Assembly: GCA_964248365.1 (NCBI GenBank) | Contig: CAXTYC010000060.1 | Span: forward strand, 1-15,342 | Length of the DNA: 15,342 nucleotides | Source of the DNA: an uncultured Chroococcidiopsis sp. | Lineage (GTDB): Bacteria > Cyanobacteriota > Cyanobacteriia > Cyanobacteriales > Chroococcidiopsidaceae | Reading direction: 5' to 3' | Notes under the pieces: generated by a model | Told to the model about the DNA's origin: nothing | Database searches by the model: none | Seen by the model: only the letters and a program-made list of their open reading frames with translations | Shown here: positions 7,079-15,225 of the stretch, piece by piece | Layout: each line of letters opens with the position of its first letter | Position numbering within the stretch: the stretch's first letter is position 1 | Made by a program: the position numbers and the translations under genes

Positions 7079-7517
7079 CCTCGTTACTAATTCCAGCATT
7101 CAACAGGACAATCGCACGACCTAGCTCTTTTAATTCCAGTTCTAATTCTGATAGTTTATCAATACAGTGCTGTAAATATTCCAATGATATTCCCGAAAAG
7201 GTATGTTGAATTTTCGCAGTGTTCAAAGCCCTTGCTTGTTGATTGAGCAAGGAGCCTATCCGGTTTAACTGCACTAATGTTTCACGGTTAATAGCAGGAA
7301 CATTTGCACGAGGAATGGTCAGGCGCTGCTTGAAGATAACAGAGCGCAGGTACTCACTCAACTTGATTCCGCCTCTTGCAGTATTGAGCAGATCTAACTC
7401 CTCATCACTCACAACAAAGCTGAGTTTGTTCTTGCGCTCTATTTTTCCAGGTAGCTCTAGTTGAGAGTTTTCAAATACTCCTTGCAATATCTCTGATAGA
7501 GGGGTGCGGTCATTCAC
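7068..7517 (-). CDS. mobC: Relaxosome accessory protein MobC (RHH); probable start GTG 7517
   Basis: RHH segment KLSFVVSDEELDLL...LSEYLRSVI and MobC signature LNRIGSLLNQQARALN. It lies directly upstream of and overlaps the relaxase. The start is uncertain; the ORF-track extension to 7643 runs through the oriT hairpins. Confidence 0.85.
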   Translation of the reverse strand: MNDRTPLSEILQGVFENSQLELPGKIERKNKLSFVVSDEELDLLNTARGGIKLSEYLRSVIFKQRLTIPRANVPAINRETLVQLNRIGSLLNQQARALNTAKIQHTFSGISLEYLQHCIDKLSELELELKELGRAIVLLNAGISNEDDL

Positions 7518-7554
7518 AACATTTTCTTGGTTTGAGTGAGCAGCATATCCGGGG

Positions 7555-7760
7555 GACGGGGGTTCAGGGGAACTCCCCTGACAAGCTTGAACGGTCGCGC
7601 AGCGATGAGGAAAACAGCGCAGCGTTGTTTTCCGAAAGTTCACAGCTTACTCCCTGGGGTAAGTTATCTGTGAGGCAATACCAGAGTATATCATTGCCCA
7701 GGGACGTATTCACGGGGGATGTCACTTGCCATCACGGATTATCTGGCAGGACTTGGGCAA
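7555..7760. other. Probable origin of transfer (oriT)
   Basis: Lies between the divergent mobC-relaxase and TraKLM-like genes. Clustered inverted repeats at 7564-7581, 7609-7633, 7640-7673 and 7674-7699. Nic-like sequences GTCACTTG^CCA (+, 7728/7729) and GTCCTG^CCA (-, 7744-7752) resemble MOB-P nic sites. Confidence 0.65.
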
Positions 7761-7855
7761 TGTTATCAACTGTAATAATTCTTTAATAGCATACTGCTGT
7801 AATATTAGATCTATCTAATGTTGGGCGCAATACAATACTTTAGGCGCTGTCTTCC

Positions 7856-8248
7856 ATGCCGACTGAATCTAAGTCTAAAAAATCTTCAAATCCTGTTAAT
7901 GAAACCCAGCCCTCGGATGCTCAACCTAATCCAGATGGGTTTCTGGCAGAACTTAATGAATGGGGAACTAAGCCTAATCCCGCTTCTTTTGAGAAATTGT
8001 TAGAGACAAATCAAGAGAAGTTTGCTCGCGCTCTATCACAGGGATATAGCGCTGAAGACATTTGTAGGCTAGCAGCTTCTTATGGAATTCAGGTCAAAGC
8101 AAGTACGTTTCGTAAGTATTGGCAGAAAGTGAATGCCAAGCAATCTTCAGATGCACCGTCAGCCAAGTCTAAACAACCAGTACAAAAACAATCAGCCCTT
8201 CCAGATTCTACTGCCAGCACGAATGCTAACTCTGCTGTTAATTTCTAG
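7856..8248 (+). CDS. Mobilisation accessory DNA-binding protein (TraK / pTF-FC2 MobC-like position and motif), 130 aa
   Basis: ALSQGYSAEDICRLAASYGIQVKASTFRKYW helix-turn-helix-like motif and a low-complexity tail; first gene divergent from oriT. Confidence 0.6.
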   Translation: MPTESKSKKSSNPVNETQPSDAQPNPDGFLAELNEWGTKPNPASFEKLLETNQEKFARALSQGYSAEDICRLAASYGIQVKASTFRKYWQKVNAKQSSDAPSAKSKQPVQKQSALPDSTASTNANSAVNF

Positions 8249-8266
8249 TAGTGGGAGATATTAACC

Positions 8267-9082
8267 GTGAGTAATGCGATTAATTTGTGGTCTGGGGAGA
8301 AGGGGGGAACTGGTAAGTCGTGGCTTGCCAGGTTAGATTGTCAGCGTCATTTGGATCGGCAACAGGATTTTTTTCTGATTGACACTGACAAGAGTAATGC
8401 CACGACAAGCAATTATTACGGCAGCTATAAGTTTGACAAGCAGGCGTTTTTTAGTGAAGCAAAAGAAAGAGCAAGTACAGCAAATCCTATACTAGATGCA
8501 GCTTTACTCCGTCCTGTTGTAGCAAATTGCCGTGCAGGGACGAATGAAAGTTTACTCACCTGGCTGGTGACGAAGAAAGTGCCGCAAACTGCTACTCGCT
8601 TGGGCATTAAGATGCGTTATCTGTTTGTGAGCGACTTGGAGAACGATTCTCTTAACTTATTTGAGCCGACAGCCAAGGCAATCGGTCAATATATGCCGAT
8701 TATCTTTGTGGCTAATATAGGGCGCAATACAACGGATCTGGAGTTTTTTGAATCTTCTGGTTTTCAAGCGTTGCTGTCACGTTTTGAAGTGCCAGTGATA
8801 AGTCTTGGATTGTTCGACTTGGAAATGAAGAAGGTAGTAGATGGGCGTAACCCAGAGCGAAAGCTCCTGACTTGGGGGGAGGCGCGGGATTATCCCGATT
8901 TTGGAATTTTGGGACAGCAGGAAATTCAAACTTATCTGGAAGATTTCTATGCCCAACTTGATAGAGCCGAACGACTCGCCGATAATGCGTTTTCTCAACG
9001 AGAGGCATCCAACTCTTCCAACGGAACTGAAACAGAAACTCTTCCAACTCCTACTAGAAAGCGGAATTCCACCAACGGATAA
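8267..9082 (+). CDS. P-loop ATPase of the ParA/MinD superfamily (TraL/MobD/StbB-like), 271 aa
   Basis: N-terminal deviant Walker A GEKGGTGKS and LIDTDKSN motif. GTG start preceded by GGGAG. Second gene of the oriT-divergent trio. Confidence 0.85.
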   Translation: MSNAINLWSGEKGGTGKSWLARLDCQRHLDRQQDFFLIDTDKSNATTSNYYGSYKFDKQAFFSEAKERASTANPILDAALLRPVVANCRAGTNESLLTWLVTKKVPQTATRLGIKMRYLFVSDLENDSLNLFEPTAKAIGQYMPIIFVANIGRNTTDLEFFESSGFQALLSRFEVPVISLGLFDLEMKKVVDGRNPERKLLTWGEARDYPDFGILGQQEIQTYLEDFYAQLDRAERLADNAFSQREASNSSNGTETETLPTPTRKRNSTNG

Positions 9083-9572
9083 AATTTTCCCTTGGGTGGT
9101 GGAAACGGCTCTAAACCGAATAGAAATGGCTGAACTTCAGGCACAATTGCGGCAAACGGATCTGAACCTGGCATCACTACCCTCACAGCTGAAGGAAACT
9201 CTGAATCTGGTACTGAAGCCATACTTGTCAGAAGTAGGTCTTGTGAGGATTGCTTCAAACGAACTGACGAAGGAACTTCGGGCGGCGGCAATCATTGACG
9301 CTAGTATTGCTGAATCTGGCTGGCGGGGAATTGGGGCAGCTATAGCTGCTATTTTTAAGCATCAAAATCTTCGGATAGTGGTTGGGATACTCATGGCGAT
9401 GAGTGGGGTGTTAGGGTTTGCGATTGCCTGGAATTATGGGGCGCAGAATCGACTGTTGGTAGAACGGAATCGACAGGTGATCCAAAAGTGCAACACTCAA
9501 AGCGCCTCTGACCCAGACAAGAATGGCTGGTACACCTGTCCGTTGTGGCAGTTACCCATGCCAGAGAAATAG
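8949..9572 (+). CDS. Coiled-coil protein with C-terminal TM segment (TraM/MobE position; resembles cyanobacterial DUF6753); start 8949 or 8985
   Basis: ELKQKLFQLLLESGIPPTDKIF motif, a coiled coil, TM segment IVVGILMAMSGVLGFAIAW, and a C-terminal Cys pair. Confidence 0.65.
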   Translation: MPNLIEPNDSPIMRFLNERHPTLPTELKQKLFQLLLESGIPPTDKIFPWVVETALNRIEMAELQAQLRQTDLNLASLPSQLKETLNLVLKPYLSEVGLVRIASNELTKELRAAAIIDASIAESGWRGIGAAIAAIFKHQNLRIVVGILMAMSGVLGFAIAWNYGAQNRLLVERNRQVIQKCNTQSASDPDKNGWYTCPLWQLPMPEK

Positions 9573-9613
9573 TGAAAGAGGTGGCTTTAGGGGCGCGCTT
9601 GTCAGGGTTCGGG

Positions 9614-10171
9614 TCATGCCTGCAATGGCTTGCAATGCGAGGGTGGGAAATATTTCGGGCGCTCTCCTGTCCCTAACTGCCATTGGGTTATCTTAGCTAG
9701 GTATTTTTCTTCTGTCATCCTTTCTGCTTCCGCCTGCCGCTTTAATGCAGTTGGCGATATGTCCAGACGGCGCATGATTTCTGTTTTACTCAACCCCTCA
9801 GAGGCTTCTTTGACTGTGTAGGTGAATTGTCCGCTACTGATGGTGGTATTCTCTGCCAGATGTTCTTCTACACCTGTTGCTAGGCTTCTGGCTCCAGCGG
9901 CGATTAGGGCTTCTCTCACCAGCTGCATCTGCTCTTCTAGCGAGGCTAGCCTGGGTGGTAGGTTGGCGGATTCTAGAGCAGCTACTCTAGGGGCTAGATC
10001 GGTGTCTCCTAGGGGGCGACCGTCTTTTTTGAGGAAGTGTTCTACTATCAGGGATACGGCTTGAGAGACAGATCGCTGGTAGTTGTCATCCATCCATTCC
10101 TTGAGTTGGTCTAGTACTTCCTTGGGTAAATAGGTGGTAACTTGTACGCTCTTTTTATCGCTTGACTCCAT
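9614..10171 (-). CDS. Putative DNA-binding protein: N-terminal RHH, coiled coil, C-terminal HTH-like domain, 185 aa
   Basis: SVQVTTYLPKEVLDQLKEW...SVSQAVSLIVEHFL (RHH); duplicated LAPRVAALE / LPPRLASLE; GLSKTEIMRRLDISPTALKR (HTH-like). SD AGGAG upstream. Confidence 0.75.
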   Translation of the reverse strand: MESSDKKSVQVTTYLPKEVLDQLKEWMDDNYQRSVSQAVSLIVEHFLKKDGRPLGDTDLAPRVAALESANLPPRLASLEEQMQLVREALIAAGARSLATGVEEHLAENTTISSGQFTYTVKEASEGLSKTEIMRRLDISPTALKRQAEAERMTEEKYLAKITQWQLGTGERPKYFPPSHCKPLQA

Positions 10172-10634
10172 ACATTGCTCCTACTGCTATTCCATGTATA
10201 ACCCATGTGGTCTAACTGTTAATTGCATCTTCTAAGCATGGTTATAACTGTTATCCCAGTCAGAAACAGTGTAGTATGGCTTTTAATCACATTGGTTTAG
10301 CATAGGTTTTACTAGCTATTCCAGTCATAATTCATGTGTTATCAATGTTATACACATTAAGTAAGCATAACTAAATACTGCTTTTCCAATTTATACTTAT
10401 GTGTTTAAACATTGAAGTCATGTAAATCTACTGCTTTATTGACGCTCAGGCAAGTTGGTTTAAACTTGGTAGTCACTGGAGAGTGGTGTGACAGCAGAAA
10501 AGCTCTTACCTTGAGTGCCAACCACTACCCAATGGGTAGTAGTCACTGCTTTGAGAAAGGTTCGCTCCCTAGTAGGGAAGCAGCTTTTCACTTAGGATAT
10601 GTTGTAGAAAGCTTTCACCCTCGTCTTACGCCTG

Positions 10635-10997
10635 ATGACATCACACTCTGAGTGGTACTCACAACGATACGGCGACGCTTCTGGTTTTCAAAAGCGTGCA
10701 GAGGCGACAGCAGCTCATGCCGACAAGTACAAAGCTTTAAACGAGAAAAAACAGACACAAAGACAGCAGAACTTAGCCAAAGCTGAGCTGGTCTTCCTTG
10801 AAAATCAAGTCCCCTATCAGGTTGTAAGGTCTGGGGTATGGCTAGTCAATTACTTAGGAGAAGAGATTTACTTCTATCCGACGACAAACCGATGGCGGGT
10901 CAAAGGTAAGAAGACGACCTACTATAGCCGTGGAGCGCTCGACTTTCTTGGCAAGGTCTGGAAGTTTCAGAACCCAGAATTAATCCGTGAGGACTAG
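10635..10997 (+). CDS. Hypothetical protein, 120 aa
   Basis: ATG start. Helical N-half and aromatic/basic beta C-half (IYFYPTTNRWRVKGKK). Converges neatly with the rep stop. Confidence 0.65.
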   Translation: MTSHSEWYSQRYGDASGFQKRAEATAAHADKYKALNEKKQTQRQQNLAKAELVFLENQVPYQVVRSGVWLVNYLGEEIYFYPTTNRWRVKGKKTTYYSRGALDFLGKVWKFQNPELIRED

Positions 10998-11036
10998 GTA
11001 GTGGCAACGCTTCTGGCAATTAAGTTGTCGGAGCGA

Positions 11037-13115
11037 TTATGGGCTTTCTGACTGGATGAAAGCAATAACTATTTCTCCAATGTCTGGATTAGCTCTAGCC
11101 CAAGCTAGTACCTCATCCATCAGCATTGGTTCGCCCGACGACCAAAGATACCGCATTTTGGCAATGGTTTCCCGTTGCTCTCGCGTGGGGGGGCTGAATA
11201 TTCTTCCCTCAATCTGGGACTGCACATCTACTGCTTTTTTGGCGATGCTAATTGCAGCAAGCCAAATTCGGGTATGGCGGCGAGTGACAAGAGGGTCGGC
11301 TGCTATTGGGATTTTTGGGGCAGTTGGAGCAACTGGGGGACTCTTACTCTTGTTGGACACAGGCACAGCTGGCGGCACATCTCCCCTGGAATATTGCCTT
11401 GAGGTAGATTGCCCAAGCAGTTGCTCTGATGCAATAATGTGGGTAGCATCCACGATGCTAGCATCGTCGATTGATAAGTCTGGTTTATGTAATTTTTCCG
11501 CCGCGCTGCCGGAAGTAGGGGATTTGTAATTCTTATCAGAGCTGCTATTCGATTCTGTTGGTAAAGAGTTTGAAGAATTTAAAGAATTTTTAGAGTTAGC
11601 TTCTGACTCAGGGGAATGGGGTTGGAGATCTTCTTTTGCCTGCGGCAAGCACAAGACCTTCATTATAGGGAAAGGTGTGTACAGATTGCTCTGTCCTTGA
11701 CTGGGCGCGGGTTGTGGCGTTTCTGGTTCGAGCCAGGGATCGGGTATTTGGGCGAATTTTGGGCTAGTAAAATCGGCTGTAACTGGCTCACAGTGCGGTT
11801 GTACACACCTTTGTTCATCACTTGGGTAATTTCGGGGATGCCACAGGGCTAAGTACTCTGGCTTGTGTAGGGTTGTTTTGGATACACCTACATGGTATAG
11901 CTGTTTGGATGTGGCGATGATGGCTGTTGCTCGCAATGCTGGAGTTAGTGGTAATTCTCCTGCAAGCTCTAGGTGGGCGACGATATTACGGATTCTCTCC
12001 TGGGTATTAAGCTGCAATTCATTGTTGAGATTGGGGCGGGGAAAGTCTACTACGTTGTTGGCTGCGCCAAAGTGTGAGCGGTAGTTGCGCTTGCGATTGG
12101 GGATTGACGGATAGGGGGTGTAGAATCCCATGCAGCAATATGCCCATTCTCTTGCTCGCTGCTCTATATTGTGTTGGTGACGGCAAAATTCGTGGTAGCC
12201 TGGGGAGGAGGTAGCTGTTTCTACAATGTATTCCACTAGGGCTTCGTCTGCTAGCGCTTTGAAGACTATGCCGTAACAAGCGATGTCTTTGAGCAGTGAG
12301 TTTGTCTGTCCGTAGTCAGTCCAGCCTTCTGAAATTCTTTGTTTTAGGTCTATTCGCCAAAGTTCGGCTTTAATTGAGTTAGCTGGCTTGTAGAGTTTTT
12401 GCTGGCGAAGTGACGCGGCTTTGAGGGCAAGTTTTAGGGTTAAATAGTCTTGACCTGCTGCTGACCAATCGGCGGCATCTAAAAACGAATGTAGGTCGTT
12501 GGTATACGGTTCATCGCTGGAATCCAGCAGGAACGAACCTGCTTGCAAGGGTAGCCGCAGGGCGTTGTAGTTACTGGGTAGGGCTGTCCAAGCTTTGAGG
12601 TTGGGGAAGATTTCTAGCCAGCCCTGCTTAATTTCAAATCCGGCATCCGTAAGTGCGTCAAAGCAGGCGCAGGCTAGGGGGAAGGTAGGGAGTTCTTCTG
12701 AAAAGAAGTAGTAAACGTGAATTCCACCGCTATCGCTGGATATGATTGCTACGGGTTTGCACAGCCCGATTTCTTCTAGTGCGGCTAACACCGATTTATA
12801 TGCTGTTGGGTTGAGTGCAGGATGGTAAGGGCTGTTAATATCCAGATCGATGGCGAAGTAACGGGTGTTTTTGCCGAATCGCAGTCCCAAGAATGTTTTG
12901 GGGTTTTGGTACTGCTGCCACAGGTTACGCGGTTGAAGTGGATAGCGGGTTTCTGTCTGCCAGTGCGGTTTTTCAAAGCGTATTGCTGGGGCGTAGATGA
13001 AGCCCCAAGGATGGTTGAAATACTGGCAGAATCTGACTCCTAGCGGGTCGGCGGGGGCGATTGGCTTCTCTGCGCCCTTTGGGGCAAATGATTTTTCTTT
13101 TGTAGTGGTAAGCAT
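11037..13115 (-). CDS. Probable plasmid replication initiator with an archaeo-eukaryotic primase (AEP)/prim-pol-like N-terminal domain, 692 aa
   Basis: Motif I YFAI-D-L-D-INSPYHP, motif II SSDSGGI-H-VY, later LEIFPN and LRLPLQ. A helical primase-C-like region is followed by a P/S-rich linker. SD GGAG upstream of the ATG. Confidence 0.75.
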   Translation of the reverse strand: MLTTTKEKSFAPKGAEKPIAPADPLGVRFCQYFNHPWGFIYAPAIRFEKPHWQTETRYPLQPRNLWQQYQNPKTFLGLRFGKNTRYFAIDLDINSPYHPALNPTAYKSVLAALEEIGLCKPVAIISSDSGGIHVYYFFSEELPTFPLACACFDALTDAGFEIKQGWLEIFPNLKAWTALPSNYNALRLPLQAGSFLLDSSDEPYTNDLHSFLDAADWSAAGQDYLTLKLALKAASLRQQKLYKPANSIKAELWRIDLKQRISEGWTDYGQTNSLLKDIACYGIVFKALADEALVEYIVETATSSPGYHEFCRHQHNIEQRAREWAYCCMGFYTPYPSIPNRKRNYRSHFGAANNVVDFPRPNLNNELQLNTQERIRNIVAHLELAGELPLTPALRATAIIATSKQLYHVGVSKTTLHKPEYLALWHPRNYPSDEQRCVQPHCEPVTADFTSPKFAQIPDPWLEPETPQPAPSQGQSNLYTPFPIMKVLCLPQAKEDLQPHSPESEANSKNSLNSSNSLPTESNSSSDKNYKSPTSGSAAEKLHKPDLSIDDASIVDATHIIASEQLLGQSTSRQYSRGDVPPAVPVSNKSKSPPVAPTAPKIPIAADPLVTRRHTRIWLAAISIAKKAVDVQSQIEGRIFSPPTREQRETIAKMRYLWSSGEPMLMDEVLAWARANPDIGEIVIAFIQSESP

Positions 13116-13334
13116 GACTCGTCTCCTTGGTGTGGAGAGTCGGAGACTTCACCTGCGTTCCTTATTTACTTTTCTCCCTACCGCCGAAAAAGCACCTTCC
13201 AAGGGATTGCACCAAGAGCGCATCTCACTTATATAGATCTCTGCGCTTCGCCAGCATTACCAAGTCTTCCCCAAATTGGCAACCAAAGCGGGAAAATAAC
13301 TTGACTAATGTACGTAGGCGAAAACTTATTTCCA

Positions 13335-13340
13335 TATAAT
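13335..13340 (+). promoter_or_regulatory. Consensus -10 box TATAAT just upstream of the hairpin array
   Basis: TATAAT ends 7 nt before the first hairpin. No canonically spaced -35; TTGACT at 13301 is 28 nt away. Confidence 0.45.
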
Positions 13341-13346
13341 GAATAC

Positions 13347-13575
13347 AGTGGGAGTTAGGTTTTCTTAGGATCAAACCGACTCTTGCAGTGCGGGTTGGTT
13401 AAGTTTCTCAGGCTTAAACCGACTCAGTGGAACCCCTTGGTTCTATTTGTTGGCGGCGGGAGTCGGTAGTAGTTTCTCAGGCTGACAGCCGACTCTTGTG
13501 CCGTTACAGATTTAAGCGTTATTAATAATTGGACAGCGCCAGATTCCCTCGCCGGAGTTTGGCGCTCTCTATTTC
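13347..13575 (+). ncRNA. Candidate structured RNA (or ssDNA origin element): three repeated hairpins plus a terminal hairpin
   Basis: Units 13348-13386, 13390-13428 and 13456-13499 share a GGGAGTYGGT-like 5' arm, TTTCTYAGG and a CCGACTC 3' arm. A fourth 13-bp stem (13535-13566) is followed by a pyrimidine run. Non-Watson-Crick pairs are G-U on the plus strand. Confidence 0.6.
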
Positions 13576-13657
13576 ATTCATTCGTTGCCTCCATATTTTT
13601 CAAGTAGTGCAAGTCCTCGTTTTAAGAAGCTGCAATAGATTCTAACGGCAATCGCCC

Positions 13658-13816
13658 TTAGCGAGGCTCCTCAAGTTTCTTTAACGCCTCATCCAAAATC
13701 CGATCTGCCAACTCTCCCATCGTTACCCCCATTTTGACGGCTTGAATTCTCAACCGTGTCCTAGTGGATTCCCGAACATCTACCTGTAGGACTACTATCT
13801 TCTCATTTTCTGTCAT
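13658..13816 (-). CDS. Small CopG/ParG-like ribbon-helix-helix protein, 52 aa (not in the ORF track; alternative ATG 13825)
   Basis: Manual translation MTENEKIVVLQVDVRESTRTRLRIQAVKMGVTMGELADRILDEALKKLEEPR* is a typical RHH; co-oriented upstream of rep. Confidence 0.85.
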   Translation of the reverse strand: MTENEKIVVLQVDVRESTRTRLRIQAVKMGVTMGELADRILDEALKKLEEPR

Positions 13817-14036
13817 TGCTAGCATTGCCAACCTTCTAAGTCATTATTAAATATTGTGATGTTGACTTGGTATCATGCCTGCATTGTCAACAATACTAAT
13901 CAGTATAGCATTATCGGATTAACGTCAGAAGCCAATGTTTCCCAACGTGGGAGAGCAGAGAAAGGGCTGCGAGGGATAAGGATAGCCTAAAAGGGTTGTA
14001 TTGCAAAAACTTTATTAGTTTCAGAATTAGCTCTCC

Positions 14037-14615
14037 TCAAATTTCTGGCATTTCATTAAACAACTCGCGCAGCGATGCCGCTGACTGCCTTAGTCCTTGC
14101 CGAATAAGGGTGTCTAGGTATTCATCCCGCGTTCGTGGTGGATTTTTGAGCGTGCTTAGTTGCCTAGATGCGGCTTTCAAGACCTCTACCGCGTCAAGGT
14201 CAATCAGTTGCAGAATAAACTCATCAGGGTGAATTGCGTCGATGCCATACGGTGCAAGAGCCACCATCGGAAAATCCTTGAGGTTGAAGGTGACGATAAA
14301 ACTAGCACCAGAACGAATTGCCGCAGCTAGAACGTGGAGATCGTCTGGATCTGGTAGTTCAAGACTTGGGATGAGTGATTCATAATCTGTGACTAGACAA
14401 TCTCTGACATTGGCATTCATCAGATTTTTAGTTCGGGTGAGTTGCGCTAGCGTCAGGTCAGGACGGTTCAAAAGAACGTTTCTCATCCATTCGTCATGAA
14501 TTTCATCCGTCCAACGAGCCTTAAACAGGTCGGTGAGCGCCAGCCACATCAAGAAATCCCGCAGCGGTGCTGGATATAAAACAGAGGCATCGTAGACAGC
14601 GGTGAAAAAAGCCAC
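14037..14615 (-). CDS. PIN-domain ribonuclease (VapC-like toxin), 192 aa
   Basis: AVYDASVLYP N-terminal PIN motif, LPDPDDLHVLAAAI, IVTFNLKDFP; GTG start 4 nt after the partner's stop. Confidence 0.92.
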   Translation of the reverse strand: MAFFTAVYDASVLYPAPLRDFLMWLALTDLFKARWTDEIHDEWMRNVLLNRPDLTLAQLTRTKNLMNANVRDCLVTDYESLIPSLELPDPDDLHVLAAAIRSGASFIVTFNLKDFPMVALAPYGIDAIHPDEFILQLIDLDAVEVLKAASRQLSTLKNPPRTRDEYLDTLIRQGLRQSAASLRELFNEMPEI

Positions 14616-14619
14616 TTAG

Positions 14620-15093
14620 CTATTCGTAACCCATGTTTAGTTCTTGGGCTTGGGCTGCCAACTGGTCTAGGGTTTGCTCTCGTTGAGCGTCAATCCGGTG
14701 TTTGTATGTCATCAAATCTTGATAGAGAATCCGGCGACGGGTTCCAACTTTGCGGAAAGGAATTTTTCCCGACTCCAGTAACTCCACTAAGTAGGGACGG
14801 GAGACATTCAGAATGTCAGCTGCCTCCCCTGTGGTGAGTTCCTTTTTGATGGGAACGATGCTGACAGCATTGCCTTTAGCCATCTGGGTCAAAATGTCAA
14901 CGAAAAGACGCAACGCAGATGTTGGGATAGTAACCGCTTCACCTTGTGTGCCATCTAGCATCACCCTAATTGTGCAATGAGATGCGTCCGAGTCCACAAT
15001 TGATGCCAAAATTTGGCTGCTGGCTTGGGCTATTGCAGAATCTTCTGCTGTCGGTGCAATGGTGTCGAAGGAACGGGGAGCTGATAGTGTCAT
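14620..15093 (-). CDS. Excisionase-type HTH protein, probable antitoxin of the PIN toxin, 157 aa
   Basis: ELTTGEAADILNVSRPYLVELLESGKIPFRKVGTRRRI (HTH_17-like); C-terminus AQAQELNMGY; coupled to the PIN gene. Confidence 0.92.
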   Translation of the reverse strand: MTLSAPRSFDTIAPTAEDSAIAQASSQILASIVDSDASHCTIRVMLDGTQGEAVTIPTSALRLFVDILTQMAKGNAVSIVPIKKELTTGEAADILNVSRPYLVELLESGKIPFRKVGTRRRILYQDLMTYKHRIDAQREQTLDQLAAQAQELNMGYE

Positions 15094-15191
15094 GTTTCCA
15101 AAGGTGTCGAAATAGTCATTTGCTGTATGGTGTCCGACCGATCGCTTTTGAGAGATCGGATTGTCAAAAGGGCGAGCTACCTATACTAACA

Positions 15192-15225
15192 ATTATACGA
15201 AACGAGCAAAACATACGAAATGAAC
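15192..15225 (-). promoter_or_regulatory. Probable promoter/operator of the TA operon
   Basis: Minus-strand TATAAT at 15192-15197 overlapped by direct repeats ATACGAAACGAGC (15195) and ATACGAAATGAAC (15213), 18-bp period. Confidence 0.5.

Noticed and set aside
7518..7786. mobC extension to 7643 and ORF 7532..7786
   Set aside because: Both run through the oriT hairpin cluster and have no recognisable protein features.
8267..9082. Calling the ATPase parA
   Set aside because: No ParB partner; its position divergent from oriT between TraK-like and TraM-like genes fits TraL/MobD better.
10412..10651. 79-aa ORF, a short palindrome at 10524-10540 and a GTAGTCACTG repeat
   Set aside because: TTG start with no protein features; the repeats are too short to assign a function.
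11056..13339. Multiple short ORFs overlapping rep or its leader
   Set aside because: Shadow ORFs. A leader peptide cannot be excluded, but none is supported.
13348..13499. Hairpin repeats as a CRISPR array or classical iterons
   Set aside because: The units are degenerate and separated by 3 and 27 nt rather than uniform spacers, and no cas genes are present. They conserve secondary structure rather than exact direct-repeat sequence.
14620..15093. Excisionase + integrase as evidence of a prophage or integrative element
   Set aside because: The HTH gene is coupled to a PIN gene as in TA modules, and no phage genes or att/tRNA junction are visible.
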